This document shows, in pieces, positions 15,955-29,445 of a DNA stretch of 64,000 nt (within the stretch, counting starts at the first letter, position 1; the number at the start of each line of letters is the position of its first letter). The stretch covers positions 2,480,001 through 2,544,000 of the forward strand of contig NC_086374.1 in NCBI RefSeq assembly GCF_036588685.1, written 5' to 3'. The notes beneath the pieces are model-generated. The model had not been told where the DNA came from and did no database searches. It saw only the letters and a program-made list of their open reading frames with translations. The position numbers and the translations under genes were made by a program. This stretch comes from Mytilus trossulus (Eukaryota).

Positions 15955-16130
15955 TGTAAAAAAAATAATAATAGATCACCGCTCCAGAATGACGTTGTTA
16001 GGGAAAACAGCCATGTAACTAAATAGATAGACGTCACATCCACTTCCTGTAGGAAAAGACCTTGACCTCAAACAAAAACATTTAAACTTCCGGAGTATCT
16101 AGAAAGATTTGTAACTTAGGTATAAACAGA
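15955..16130. promoter_or_regulatory. Probable CFAP210 promoter, possibly bidirectional with the PHOSPHO2-like gene
   Basis: Directly upstream of the CFAP210 ATG: TGACGT (15990), imperfect RFX X-box-like GTTGTTAGGGAAAAC (15994), GACGTCAC (16030), ETS cores CACTTCCTGT (16041) and ACTTCCGG (16086). Confidence 0.45.
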
Positions 16131-16457
16131 TAAGTCAGATAAATAATCGACATACACACTAGGCAATTCATAAGACATAATGTCAGGGGAACAAGTACAA
16201 TCAGCACCGACATAAGAAGTCAAATCGGCACTTGGTTAAATCGGCACCTACTGTAGTCAAATCGGTACCAATCAAAAGTCAGTTCGGCACGCAATAAATA
16301 TTTTTATACAATAGTCAATACATTGAATACACATACAGTACCATACAGGAGCACCCAACATGTTAGGAGTTCAATATTTCTGGTCTAACTCTGCTTTAAT
16401 TATTTTTAACTATGTCCTCATTCAAATGCATTGATTGTCCAAAAAAAGGGGGGTTCC

Positions 16458-16493
<36 letters not shown>

Positions 16494-18834
16494 CAACCCT
16501 CCTCCTGGATCCGCCACTGGGATTCATACTTTTTCCTGATTCACTGTGTCATCATGGTCATGTGTGTATACAGTATAAATATTTGTCTGCGGAGTTCAAA
16601 AAAGTGTGGTGTTATAGACTCTCCTTTTATGTTCTATGTAGATATTGTCTGCCATTACTGGACATCACACAGGTTTCTTAAAATTTTGACTTCATAATAC
16701 AAAATATCTAACCCCACAACGGAAAAGTTATTGTTGTATGACGTCAATTGTTCAAGCGGAACATATTCTCGTGTCAACCTGTAATAGCAATAAGGTGTAT
16801 TTAACCAGGTGCCAATTTGACTAGAACCCCTAGTGTTCTATATAAAATAATTCTGGAATGATCTACAATGTATAATTTAAACCTCTGTAGTATTCCAGAA
16901 GGGGTGCGTCTAAACACTGCTAAGGAGTCCTTAGTGCACTAAGGACTTATAACATGCCACTAAGGACTAGATGGAGTGCTGTTAAATGTAATTTCTTTTC
17001 ATATTATGGTAGAGAATGATATTTAATGCATAAATTTCAATTTTTGTAGAAAAATAATCATAGATAAATAAGATATTCAACATTATTTAGACACGTGCCC
17101 GTATTTCTTTGATGTGTCGAAAATCAATGAACCGTTTGACACGTGTCAAATTACATAACTGATTACACAGGAATCATGCTTTTTGTTGTGTTTAATGGAC
17201 AAGATTGGTAAAGTTGGATACCAATAAATGAATTGTTGAAATACTGTTAATGGTTTTTTTCAGAATGAAGAAGTATTTTTTCTCAAGTGCATTTCGTAAT
17301 TATTTTTTGTAAATAATAAATTTTACTACATGCAACCACCCTTATGCGTTTGCTATGGTACTTTTTCAAAATGTTATCTTTTTTTTTAAATTTACATATG
17401 TCAGAAGACGTTTGAGCAATGTAGTTGAGGCCCAAAAAAATTCCATCTGATGAAAAATATTTACTACATGTAACCAAACTTATTTAATGCAAGCTACCAG
17501 TAAACAGACGGATTTAGACCGAGATTATTTTTTTGCGTATGCTATGCATGGTTCATTTTCAAAATTTATTATCATATGAAGACAAGTTTGGTTCATTTTC
17601 AAAATTTATTATCATATGAAGAACACGTTTGAGCAATATATTTCTGGACAAAAACGAATTCAATATGATAATGATTTTTTTCTACATGCAACCAATAATA
17701 TAAAAAAAAAATTGTAAGGGTTCCGCGGAACCCAGTGTCTCGCCTACTTTTGCTGTAAATCACAGGCTCAACAAAAATGAGGAAAAAAAATCAATAAAAA
17801 TATTCCACTTGATACTATCTTATGATTGTAAGAACCTTCCGTCCAAGTTTGGTAAAAATCTAGGATAGTTAATGAATCTAATAAATGTTTCAAAAACTTT
17901 AACCACAGAGTGAATATTTGTGGACGCCGCCGCCGACGACGGAAAGTAGGATCGCTTAGTCTCGCTTTTTCGACTTAAGTCGAAGGCTCAACAAAAAGAT
18001 GTGGTAGGGTTGACGATGAGACAACTATTCACAAGAGACAAAATAACACAGAAATTAATAACCATAAGTTACCCTACGGCCTTCAACAGTGAGTTAAGCA
18101 CATACGAGATAAGCACATACCACATAGTCGTTATTTCATAAATTATTTCATACAATATGTTAAACAAATAATTTTGTAATAAAAAAGGGCAATAAAAAAG
18201 AATACAAAATGGATTCCCTTCTCACTAACAAGATCATATTAAAGAAAAATGAATTAAAGAAATAGTATTTGAAAATATTTCTGTTGGTCTTAGCTTTTTT
18301 TAATTCTCACATCATGTGGTTAAGGCATATTTTCAAGGCATTTGTACAAAGCTTTCTCCTTTTCAGTCAACATTATATCATTAACTCTAAATTAACAAAT
18401 GCAGGAAATTATTCGTTAATAATGTACTAAACACTGTGGAACATTTTGAAAAACATTTACCTCTTTCAAATATATTTTTGAAATAAAACCTAATCTGAAT
18501 AAAATTCGTTAAATGATTATTTTAAACTTCTTTTACTTTAAAAAAAGTCAAACAATTTCAAATAAATAAGTACCGTATGAAGCCTTTGTAAACTGATATC
18601 AAACTGGTTGGAAACTAGTGGTTTTGATAAACCCCAAGGACGCCTCATGATTGTTTTCAATTCAATGGTTATTCCTACTTAGTAGGTATAATGCAGTAAT
18701 AGAAAGTGGAAAAATAAATATCATGATTTATAGGGTTTTTTTTCGGAATTTTCTCATGTTTTAGTGAAGCCATTTGTATATACATGCATTTTTGTCCAAT
18801 CTGATTAAAATATTGATCTCTGATTACGTTATAC

Positions 18835-18870
18835 CAGAGACATATAATACAATTGTATTATATGTCTCTG
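18835..18870. mobile_element. 36-bp perfect palindromic micro-insertion, 7-bp TSD
   Basis: CAGAGACATATAATACAATTGTATTATATGTCTCTG; left TSD GTTATAC, right copy GTTA|TAC split by the Helitron. Confidence 0.7.
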
Positions 18871-18874
18871 GTTA

Positions 18875-20294
18875 TCTATAATACTAAAATTACGAGGTCC
18901 AATTTGTCAGCTGTCATCACGTAAAAACGACGAATCAAAGAATTCAACTTTATATATAACTGATATAGTACAAAGGTGTATATTGAAAATTACACCATTC
19001 CAGGCCCTTTCGTTTTCCACGTAATTAATATTGCCAATAATTAAGAAGTTCCGGGTCGAGTCCGATACCTATACCGATACCAATAGTATATTCACCTGAT
19101 ATCGATTACCTTATCTGTACGTTCCGCATCTGACAGGTGCACCAACAAACGGTGTATTCAGGATTATTATGCTATATAGTATTACACTGGTCATAATCAC
19201 AGGGTTGACACTACTTAATTGTCAAATTGTTACCTATTGTAGTATTTTGATCAGTTAGACTTTCTAAGGTAACAATAAGAATACTAAAAATCTGGACTAA
19301 AAATAAGGCGTATATACATTGGTACAGTTTTCAATTTGTTAACAAACATGACGTAAAACAGCGAATCAAAGAATTCAACTTTATTTATAACTAATATCAG
19401 TCAGAGCTCAGACATAAATAAGTCTGAATCTGCTTTTGACTCATAAAGGTCTAAATTTGTAGGTTTTAGGATTTGTCTCCCTTTAATGTAAGACAAAATA
19501 CGACTTGAATAAGTCCAATATTGTTAAACAAGAAATAATTGACCAGAATCAAAAAGTTGCAAATATCGACTCCTACAAGTCAATGAGTGATCAAAATTGG
19601 TTAACTTCAAGACCCATGCATATTTATAAGGAGGTCATGCATCTAAATCAAATAATGACAACATTGAAAGCCAATGCTTTGTCTTCTAAGGAAAAATATG
19701 AATGAGAGTCTAAAAAATCGGAGATAATGTTAATTAACCTTACAATGCAACCACCTGGAATCACACTTAATGAGGTAAAACATCTGTGTTTAATAAGGAT
19801 GTTCAATTAGATAATTAAATATAGATAGCTCAAGTCCTTGTGAACTCTCATACAGGTTTTTGCTGTCATAGGTGGTGTAGTTTGGCCACAAAGTAACATT
19901 AAGTTTTTTCACCAACATAAATGGACCTAAACAAGTCTGTCATTTTCTGACTTAGATAAGTCTAAAATTGAAACTACATTTTGATAATATATACATGTTT
20001 CGACTTATTTAAGTCAAAAACAAAAATGGACTTGTTCATGTCCGAGCTCTGACTGAATATAGGACAATGCTGTTGTTTAAAAAATACTCCATTCCAGGAC
20101 CTTTTGTTTTCCAAATAATTAATATATATTACCAATAATTGATAAGTTCCAGTTCGACGGGTTCAAACAGAAAGATTTGAAAGCAGAGAAAACTGTGTAT
20201 ACATCTTATAATCGGCATGACTTTATCAAAGACAATACTTTAGTTATATTCTTTAATTTAGTCACAGACCCGCGATATCACGGGTGTGTTCTAG
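18875..20294 (+). mobile_element. Non-autonomous Helitron
   Basis: 5' TC at 18875, 3' hairpin ACCCGCGATATCACGGGT (20268-20285) then CTAG (20291-20294); inserted between A and T with no TSD. Confidence 0.8.
19398..20055. mobile_element. TIR MITE nested in the Helitron, 27-bp TIR, 5-bp TSD AATAT
   Basis: CAGTCAGAGCTCAGACATAAATAAGTC versus GACTTGTTCATGTCCGAGCTCTGACTG; AATAT at 19393-19397 and 20056-20060. Confidence 0.8.
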
Positions 20295-21267
20295 TACTAT
20301 ATATTATTTGGCACGTGTCAATCGGTTCATTGATTTTCGGTATATCAAAAAAAAATGGGCACGTGTCTAGAAACTGTTGAATATCTTTTTTATTTATGAT
20401 TATTTTTCTATAAAATTTGAAATTTATGCATTAAATATCAATCTCTAACATAATATGTAAAAATAACATGTATGACAGTAGTCCTTCTAGTCCTTAGTGG
20501 CATTGTATAGTCCTTAGCAGTGTTTAGACGTACTGTTCCAGAAGTATCCCTTCTTCAGTTTTCAAGGAGTTATCTTTTTTTACAGTGTTCTACAATGTAG
20601 CTATAGAAGTTTCTGTGACAACTATATATATAAGCTATATATGCAGACACTGAAATTAGTCTTATCAAACAGAAATTAATACATTTGCATTCTCAGAAGT
20701 TCTCTTGGAGTTGTTGGATTGACATTGGAATCTTTCATTAACCACATGCATTATGAACTTATTGGACATATTATGTTACATTTAAGTCATAAGAAATGAA
20801 ATTGTTAAAAAGAAAAGACATGAACATGATGAAAGACAAGGGATTCAGACATATATTTTAACAGTTAAGTTGACATTTTAATTTGAATCATACTTCTAGT
20901 AAAATTGTATAATACATTATGTTCTTATTTCAAACAAGCATAGCATATTTATGTGCTTAACTTTGTATGACTCTACCCCTCATTTCTTTTTTAACAGACT
21001 CATATTGTTACATGTACATATATTAATATGACAAGACTATTTCTAATACTAACAAGCAGGTGACCATTTCCATTTATTCATCATAATTAACAATTAAATA
21101 GATCTCTATAAATGTCTTTTCATCAAACAATAATGTCCTAAACACTGCTGCTATAACACTTCACCATATCAAATATATATAGTAAACATTACAAATCCGT
21201 ACTAAAAGTTAAAATACACATTCACTGCACATATATTTAAAATTATTAATTTAATTTACTTTTTCAG

Positions 21268-22784
21268 ATGGAAAGTTCAAGAAAAATGTTGCTTGCAATT
21301 GACTTCGATCATACCCTTATAGATGAAAACAGTGATTTATGGGTGAAGAGATTAGCACCAGATGGGAAACTCCCTGATCACATTGAGGCTCTGTATAGTT
21401 CTACAGGATGGACAGAGTACATGGGATCTATTTTTCAATATTTATATGAAATTGGTATGTTCTTATATGATTTATATGGTAAACATAATTAATGCCAGTT
21501 ATATATACACACATTTATTCCATCTCCATCAAGTGAGAATCAGTGCAGACTTTAAATGTAGAAATGTACTTATTGAAAGCTCTGTAGCTACAGATCTATA
21601 ATACAGTTTCTCTGCACTAGGCCAAAGGATGGCATGGTGGTTATCTAGAAGAACCAATCATGAGCAGTGCCTTATCATAAAAAAAAATGCCCTGTCCTCC
21701 ACTGGCACCCTGCCCCTTTTGATTTCCAGCTGGAGCACTGCAATGATAATAATGTTCCTATATGTATTTATTTAATCACATATAAATCAGAATTGTTTCC
21801 ATGAATATATTATAGATAAGTATTTTTCTATTTGGTACTATGTATACTTGGGCATGTCATTTATAATGGTCCCTTAAACTTTGTACATTTGTACCTCTTG
21901 CGTTCTAGTCACCTTACAATAAATATATCAACCCCTCTGCCTCATACAAGAAGATGACATGCTAGGTTTGTGCATCTGATAATAGTACAACATGTGTAGC
22001 ATAACAGTGAACAGTGGTGTAAAGTGTCAGTTTCTCAAAATATGGCCTCTGTACCGGATTATGATACTCTCATAGTACATACATTTGTAACTTGTCATAA
22101 GGCTTGCTATAAATGTAAAACATTTATGCATATATAAAAAATTATATAATGTCTTTACCTTTGGTTTACCCATGAAGTGATTTAGTGGTTACTCTTTTGA
22201 TTTATTTATTTTCAGGGACAAAAGAAGAGGACATAAGAAAGTGTATGGAAGAAATTCCGTTAACAGAAGGCATGGCAGACTTATTAAAGTACTGTAACGA
22301 CAAAAGTTATGAAATAATAATAATATCTGATTCTAACTCAGTTTTCATAGATATGATTCTAGAGCATACACAATTACAAAAAATGGTTACAAAAGTATTC
22401 ACAAATCCTGCTCATTTTGATGATACTGGATGTCTAAAAATAGAATATTATCACCATCAAGACTGGTGTGACTTGAGTACCATAAATCTATGTAAAGGGA
22501 ATATTTTACAAAGTTATTTAGAAAAGCGAGGAGAAGAAGGAATTAACTTTGATTATATATTCTACATAGGAGATGGAACTAATGATTTCTGTCCAGCTTT
22601 AACATTAAAGGAAACAGATTATGTGTGTCCAAGAATTAATTTCAGATTATGGAAGAAAATTCAAAAACTGAAGAATCCAGAATCCTCAGAATCTACAAAG
22701 GAAGAATTACCTCAACTGCATGCTCAAATACTGAACTGGAGTAGTGGATTAGACATACTTGAACAAATTAAACAACTTGAGTAA
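21268..22784 (+). CDS. PHOSPHO2: PHOSPHO1/PHOSPHO2-family HAD phosphatase (pyridoxal phosphate phosphatase-like), 2 coding exons, 251 aa
   Basis: Exons 21268-21454 and 22216-22784 (phase-1 intron). HAD motifs DFDHT, IISDSN, LCKG, YIGDGTNDFCP. The ATG directly follows an acceptor (ttttcag|ATG), so a non-coding first exon probably lies upstream. Confidence 0.88.
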
Positions 22785-24785
22785 TTCAATTCTGTCATGT
22801 TGCAATTCCACAGCCAGTTATCTAATAAAAAATTAACATCCTGTTATTCAGTATTTTACAAATATAAACAACTTATGTAATGGAAGGAAAAGACCAGATT
22901 TTAAGTTGATATGAAATAAAAATGTAGTATGATTGATAATGAGATCAAATAATACATAATTAACTAAATGGTATACTTATTTGTAGAATGAAAAAGTACT
23001 GCAGTAGCGGATCCAGAACTTTTCCTAAGGGGGCCTGTTGACTGACCTAAAAGGGGGGGGGGGGGGGGGTCCAGTCATGCTTCAATGATTCCCTTTATAA
23101 TACTGTATGCAATAGGTCTTCTATATTTGGTGTATGGAATGATTATAAGGTGTAAATTTCTAGCTGGCAGGTGTGATCTGACCTTGACCTCATTTTCATG
23201 GTTCAGTGGTAAAGGTTAATTTTTAGAGTTTTGGTCTTTTTTTCTACTACTATATGCAATAGGTCAACTATACTTGGTGTATGGAAATATTTTATGATCC
23301 ATATGAGTCAGGCAAGTTTTATTTGACCCTGACCTAATTTTCAGGGTTCATTACTGAGTGTTAAGTTTTTGTGTTTTGGTCTAGGTTTCCTAAATTATAA
23401 GCAATGTGTCAACTATATTTGTTGTAAGGAAGAATTGTTAGCTGTACATGTGTGTCTGGCATGGTTCATCTGACCTTGACCTCATTTTCTTGGTTCATTG
23501 GTCAATGTTTAGTTTTCTTGGTTAATGTTTAGTTTATGTGACAGTTGTAATAAAGCTTTATATTTAGGACTATCAACATAATATTAATAATTTAGTATTA
23601 GTATTGTTATTTTTATGTTTTTTTAAAAATACATGTAAAAGGCAATAATGCCCTAAAAAAATGTTAAAAAAATGATCTAACTCCAATAACGAGTAGACTG
23701 AAGATTTGCACCAGGATGGCTTATTTGTAGACCTTGTCTCTGATAATTTGTGCCTTTGAAAGTTTTATTTATCTATCATAGTTTCAAAGTAATATGGAAA
23801 ATGCAAAAACATGGGAAAAATTGTAATGAAAGGGCAATAACTTCAATAAGAAATAGACTATGATCAGTTTTATACCCGCAAAAATATTTGTGGTTGTATA
23901 TTGGTATCTGGTCGTCGTTGTCCAAAGACATTTGTAAATTCTCCAGACAATATAAACTTTAGTAAATGTAAATAGAAATCTAGACTGATTTTGGGGATTA
24001 TGGACCAACAGTAAATAAATGAGGGGTAAAATTCCTTGTTAATCGATCATAATTAAAAACAATTCCATATTATATGTTTGGTTAAACTTCACAACACTGC
24101 TTTTAAAAATGTATAAAGAAATGTTGTATTGTCTATAGCTGTCAATCTATTCTAAAAAATGCTGATAAAGGAAAAGAAAATGTGAAACTTTTTTCCTAAA
24201 ATTTCTTCAAATAAATAGTTGCAAATAAGGGGGGTCATTTTTTTAAGGGGGAGTGCAATTCACAAAAGCATAGTGTATTGTACAAAAGCAAATTAATGAA
24301 TATAAATTTTTATACTATAACCAATTTTTAGTTCTTTGACTACAGTAATTCAGTGTCAGAAACTTATAATGTGTCAAATATTTAATTACAATCCAAATTC
24401 AGACCTGTATCAAGCGCGAATATTGTGCCGATTTCCCCCCGTATTGTTCAGGGTTGGACCTCTGCGGTCGTATCCAGCTGCGCTCAGCGAAACAATTCAT
24501 TGCCATTTAAAGTTTCTATCAATTGTTAAAGATACTAGTAATAGGGAAAAAAGGGAAATAGAACTTCCTTTAAGCACAAGAACTACAATAATAAGTTGAC
24601 TTACTATTTCAACAATGTTGTTTTATTGTTTTCTATCTCGTCTTGATCATCATTGTTTTACCATATTTTCAAAGGCAAAATCGGATAAGTGGGGATGAAC
24701 GGCGGGTGTAACTGTTCGGACAGCTTCCTAACAGTGTCTGTTCATAAAAATGTACACGCGTGACGAATTAAGTTATGTTGTTTCC

Positions 24786-25760
24786 CAGTGGAGGAGCCAG
24801 AGGGGGCGTAGAGGGCGTATGCCCCCCTCCTTTTTGCTCTTTTTTTGGGGGGGGGGGGGGGGGGGTAAAATGAAAAATCAGACTAGACAGTCCTTTACTT
24901 ATAAAGATATTTTTCGCTGGAATTTACTGATTGTCAAAGTCACGTGATTCGCTATGGTGGAGTTGATCATTCAGTGCGTCCAAAAAACGTCGCTTAGTCA
25001 TTTTGAAATTCAAATTACAGTAACACATTGCTTAGGCTGATAATCATATGATAATCATGACACCTTCAAAGCGACACAGGATTTAGCAAGAACGTATTGA
25101 CTTCTATTGACTTCTATTTCACTAGTCCAGCAAACGAAAAGACTCTCTATAGACTAGTACTATTACACTCTCATGAAGTTCCACGGGAAGATTATTTACC
25201 TACGAAAACATGTTTAACCCCAAACGCTCCAGCCTATTTCAAAATAACATAGCTGAATAATGATCCCTTTTCAGTATAAGCTCTAGACTTATTTAAAGTA
25301 TAAGTTACGAACCATTTAATTTGAGGAGACAGTCTGGGATATTTGAGAGAGAAACATATCAACCAAACATTTGGATAAAAATTGCTTGTTTGTCTTTTTT
25401 AACTGGTGTCGGTCGCATTGTAAATTTCATTGAATAGCCCGGAGTATATCTTGTTTACAACAAGAAATATGCGAGGTTATGCAGTCCCGCATAAAATTTA
25501 TCAGTACATATATAGGTTTAGATCCATACTATCATTTTATGATAGACAATTAATAGAGAAAACATCGAAAATGTCCAACCTTTACACTTTACAACAACTA
25601 CATTATATACATGCCCCACGCCAGGAACCGTTAAAAAAGTGCATATTACACTAATTTTATGTTTTTATACCCAAAAAGGTCCCAAAATGTGTTTGCCCCG
25701 CTCCGCTCGGCGATCTTTAAAAACTTTGCTCCCTTTCTAAAAATCCTTGATCCGCCCCTG
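24786..25760. mobile_element. Non-autonomous TIR element (CAGTGG...CCCCTG) with 5-bp TSD TTTCC
   Basis: Imperfect GC-rich terminal repeats; TTTCC at 24781-24785 and 25761-25765. Similar ggatccgcc ends occur at ~16410-16520, ~23003 and ~26424-26568. Confidence 0.55.
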
Positions 25761-26689
25761 TTTCCTGTGACTTAATGAAGTTCAAGTTCAACTTTCACAA
25801 CTTTAGCTGTTCTTGTTGTGTTCACAGTGGCGTAGCTATGCCGTTTTTAAGTGTACGCCCGAACCTCGGCAAGGGGTCTGAGTGGCCCAATCGGGTCCAT
25901 GCCATAGCACATGTTGGTAGTGATTTCGAGGGACGAAGCCCTCTGAAGCTTGTGAGTTATCAAGAATGAGATGCCATTTCTTTCATTAAAAACACATCAA
26001 TGGATCCATGGGGTAAAGCACTCAACAAGACCCCTTTTTATGTGCAAATTTCGTTAATGGACATGAAATAATAAATTTTGGTAGACTTTCAAATGTGTTA
26101 TGAAAATTCGTAAAGGGAACCCTGGGTCTTGTCTGGGAATGGTTCCCGCAAAAAAAAATTCCATTTATCAGTCCATTACAGGATTAAAAAAAAAAGATTT
26201 TCTTTAGATTTATTTGTTGATCTTCTTTTACCAAAGTTTCATGAAAAACTCTTAAGGTTTACAAATTGATCATATAAAAAAAATTAATACCAGACCGTCT
26301 GTTAATTGCGAAAAGATAAGTCCGTCAACTTAAAAATGAAAACAAAATTGTTTTGAAATTTTGCTTCAGGCATTTATCATAAAAAAAGCTTCCGCAAAAG
26401 TTTCATAAAATTCAAAAACTACAGGCGCAAGTCCAGCCATTTTAAAAAGGGGGTTCCCATCCCAGGAAAAAAGGGGGGGGGGCAACTATATGTCTGCATT
26501 CAAATGCATTGATCGTAAAAAAAGGGACTGTTCCAAACCCTAGAACCCTCCCCTTGGATCCGCTATTGAACTAAAACCCCGGACTGTATCTATATATAAG
26601 AAAAAGTTAAGTAATGTCCGAATGTTGGTATATACATATAAAAATATACCGTTTCGATCCCTAACATCACTAAAGAGACATTTATTGTC

Positions 26690-27060
26690 GAAATCCGGAT
26701 CTGGTGTACTAAAAAATATTGACACCGTATGTTTGTGACATAACATCGTGGCCACGAGTTAATTTGTTTTCTGTTTAGTATTAAAATTATATTAAGATCC
26801 ATTTTGTTACATCTTGTGATCATTTTTTTTTGGCAATCGCCAATGGCAGTCAGCAGGGTTAAAGAACATCAGTTGTTCGACCTGTTAGTCAAATGCTTTT
26901 CGTTTAAATATACTTTTTCACTTTTTTGGTCTTTTGGAAAATGTTGTTTGTGCTGTTTTTAGACCCTTCTACAACAAAATTTGTTTTACTTGCACACGTA
27001 TAAAAATTGCGGTTTTTATCCAACGCAATCATAGGTTTGAACGTAGTTTTTAATTTAGAC
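26690..27060. repeat. Dispersed repeat with an inverted copy at ~53322-53699
   Basis: aatccggatctggtgtactaaaaaatattgacac...tttaatttagac matches the reverse complement of 53322-53699. Confidence 0.8.
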
Positions 27061-27162
27061 TCGTTTATATATATAATATATATCATGTACTCTAGTACGC
27101 CGCTAGATTAAAACTGACAAGGAAACGTATAGCACACGGCCACCAAAAGCTTTATTTTTGTG

Positions 27163-27621
27163 AAGCCCAGGTGGGCGTGCGGTCTAGCGGGACGGCTGCA
27201 GTCCCGCTAGACCGCACGACCACCTGGGCTTACGTATAATATACGTGTTCGACTTAAAGCAATACATAGCTATATATATATTATATACAACTCAATCTAA
27301 TTGAAATGTTGATCTCTGATTACGTTATACTGCATATACGCAGTATATCAGAGATCAACATTTCAATTAGATTGTATACAACTCGTCTAAACATCAACCC
27401 AACAATATTAGATCTGTAAATTTGCATTTGCTTTCGCAGATTTTTGTTCTTCCCTCGCCGGCGATTTGTTGTCACGATATCTCAGTAGCATGGGTTCGAA
27501 TCCCGGCGAGGGAAGAACAAAAATCTGCGAAAGCAAATTTATAGATCTAACATTGCTGGGTTGATGTTTAGACGAGTTGTATATAATATATATATAGCTA
27601 TGTATTGCTTTAAGTCGAACA
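27163..27621. mobile_element. Rearranged (fold-back) copy of the tRNA-derived SINE
   Basis: Head hairpin 27163-27231; long inverted arms ~27247-27460 and ~27503-27621 around the B-box segment. Confidence 0.7.
27293..27374. mobile_element. 82-bp hairpin MITE with 9-bp TSD
   Basis: CAATCTAATTGAAATGTTGATCTCTGAT ... ATCAGAGATCAACATTTCAATTAGATTG; TATACAACT on both sides. A related left arm is at 18797-18834. Confidence 0.75.
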
Positions 27622-29445
27622 TTTCGTGTTGCTCAGTCTTTAGTTTTCTATGTTGTGTCTTGTGTACTATTAATACTTATTTGTCTATTTGTCTTCAGTT
27701 TCATTTTTAGCCATGGCGTTGTCAGTTTACTAGTATTTTGAATCTATGCGTTTGGCTGTCCTTCTGGTATCTTTCGCCCCTCTTTTTTTAACACAATATT
27801 TTTAATCATTCTTTATTGATTGCTTTTCTGTTACACCTTGTCCCATTAGATTTGTATATGAGTCTCTGATGACACCAAAATGGGTTTTGTGGATCTGAAA
27901 TTAAGATGCTCTAGAATTTAGAATTAATACTATAACTTAAAGTCGGAAAAGCATTATTTTTAAAAGGAACAAAATAAGCGAAACATATTGATAGGACTAA
28001 GGTTATGGAGCTCCTTTTCGGGATATCATAGGCATCATACTGTTCTCAAAGCGAAAAAAAAAGAAGAAATATATAATCAGGCTGAATGTTGACATTCTTT
28101 TCCTTTTGATAACTGCAAACGCCTAATTCAGACGTTTAAACCAATCTCTACCTAAGGGGTTAAATTGAAAGTTACATGTATCAGGGGCTTTTTATACCAA
28201 CAGTTTATGTATATTTTGATCAAATTGGACCTATAACTGGTTGCTTAAAGCGAATTATTATTTCACTATAGTATGTCATACGAGTCATTACTGATTTATC
28301 TTAAACAAAAATAATCATTTTGTATATGTTCTCTGTAACATTTTAATTGACACATGATGATGAAAGCTTAGACTTCTATAGATACTATAACACAGTATAT
28401 CATGAGTAGACTCTACTGAAAGTCAGGTTAATAAAATTAAGAATGGAAAAATTTAATGGGGAATATGCCAAAGAGACAACAACCCGACCATAGAGCAGAC
28501 AACAACAGAAGGTCACCAACACTGAAGTATTCAATGCAACGAGACTGAATTCCCGCACCAGTAGGCGTCCTTCAGTTGACCCCTAAACAAATATATATAT
28601 ATATTAGTTCAGTGATAATGGACGCCATACTAAACTCCAAATTGTACATATTAAAGAAACTAAAATTAAAAAACATACACGGTTAACAAAGGCCAGAGGT
28701 TCTTGACTTGGGACAGCTATGCGCAAAATTGCGGCGGGAACATGTTTAAGTTTGTTTTAACTCAATACATATTATCTTACAGTACAAAACTTATATTTCA
28801 CTGTAATTTCACGTAGTGCAATTTTTTTATTATTATTGTCGCACATTTGATTCACATTTTAACTTTTTAAGACAGATTCCTCAGTTCATATTTATTTATA
28901 ACATGTAACCCGGCCGGCTTCACCAACATGATTTATGATGATGCTTTCAGAGCGCCCTGTGATGAATCGCTTGCCATAACATTGTGAAACTAGGAATATG
29001 GTTGTCCTTGATTTAATTTTAATATTCAGTTGAAAAAAAACGCTTTTGGTCGGTTAGGGAAATTTTCCATCATGCTCATTTAGGGTTGACCTACTTTCAA
29101 GGAAAACTCCCAAAATATTCCGGATGACAGCAGAAGAAAGTTCCGATGACATTCACAACGGTGTACACCTAAATAATGTTTATATAAGTATTTATATCCG
29201 CTTACATTAATCCATTCAACTGACTCTTTATAGTTATAACTATTCTGACTAGACTAAGTGGTTCACATTTTAGAATTAACTTATATTGCAGTCCGCAGTA
29301 CATAATTGCATAAACAATTTGATTATTTTAAAAGTCGGAACTTTTACGCCAACAGGTGCTTGCACGAAGTTGACTGTAGACCGTTTTGTACTGCTGACTG
29401 CTACAGAAACATCGATTACTGTAACGTGTTTGAAAGACAAGAACA

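Larger units (their letters stand above)
16902..20535. mobile_element. Non-autonomous Mutator/foldback-like DNA transposon with ~240-bp TIRs and 9-bp TSD
   Basis: Inverted arms ~16902-17157 and ~20303-20535; TTCCAGAAG at 16893-16901 and 20536-20544. No transposase ORF. Confidence 0.8.

Noticed and set aside
16412-16697. Poly-proline ORFs
   Set aside because: Produced by a poly-C run within a MITE end.
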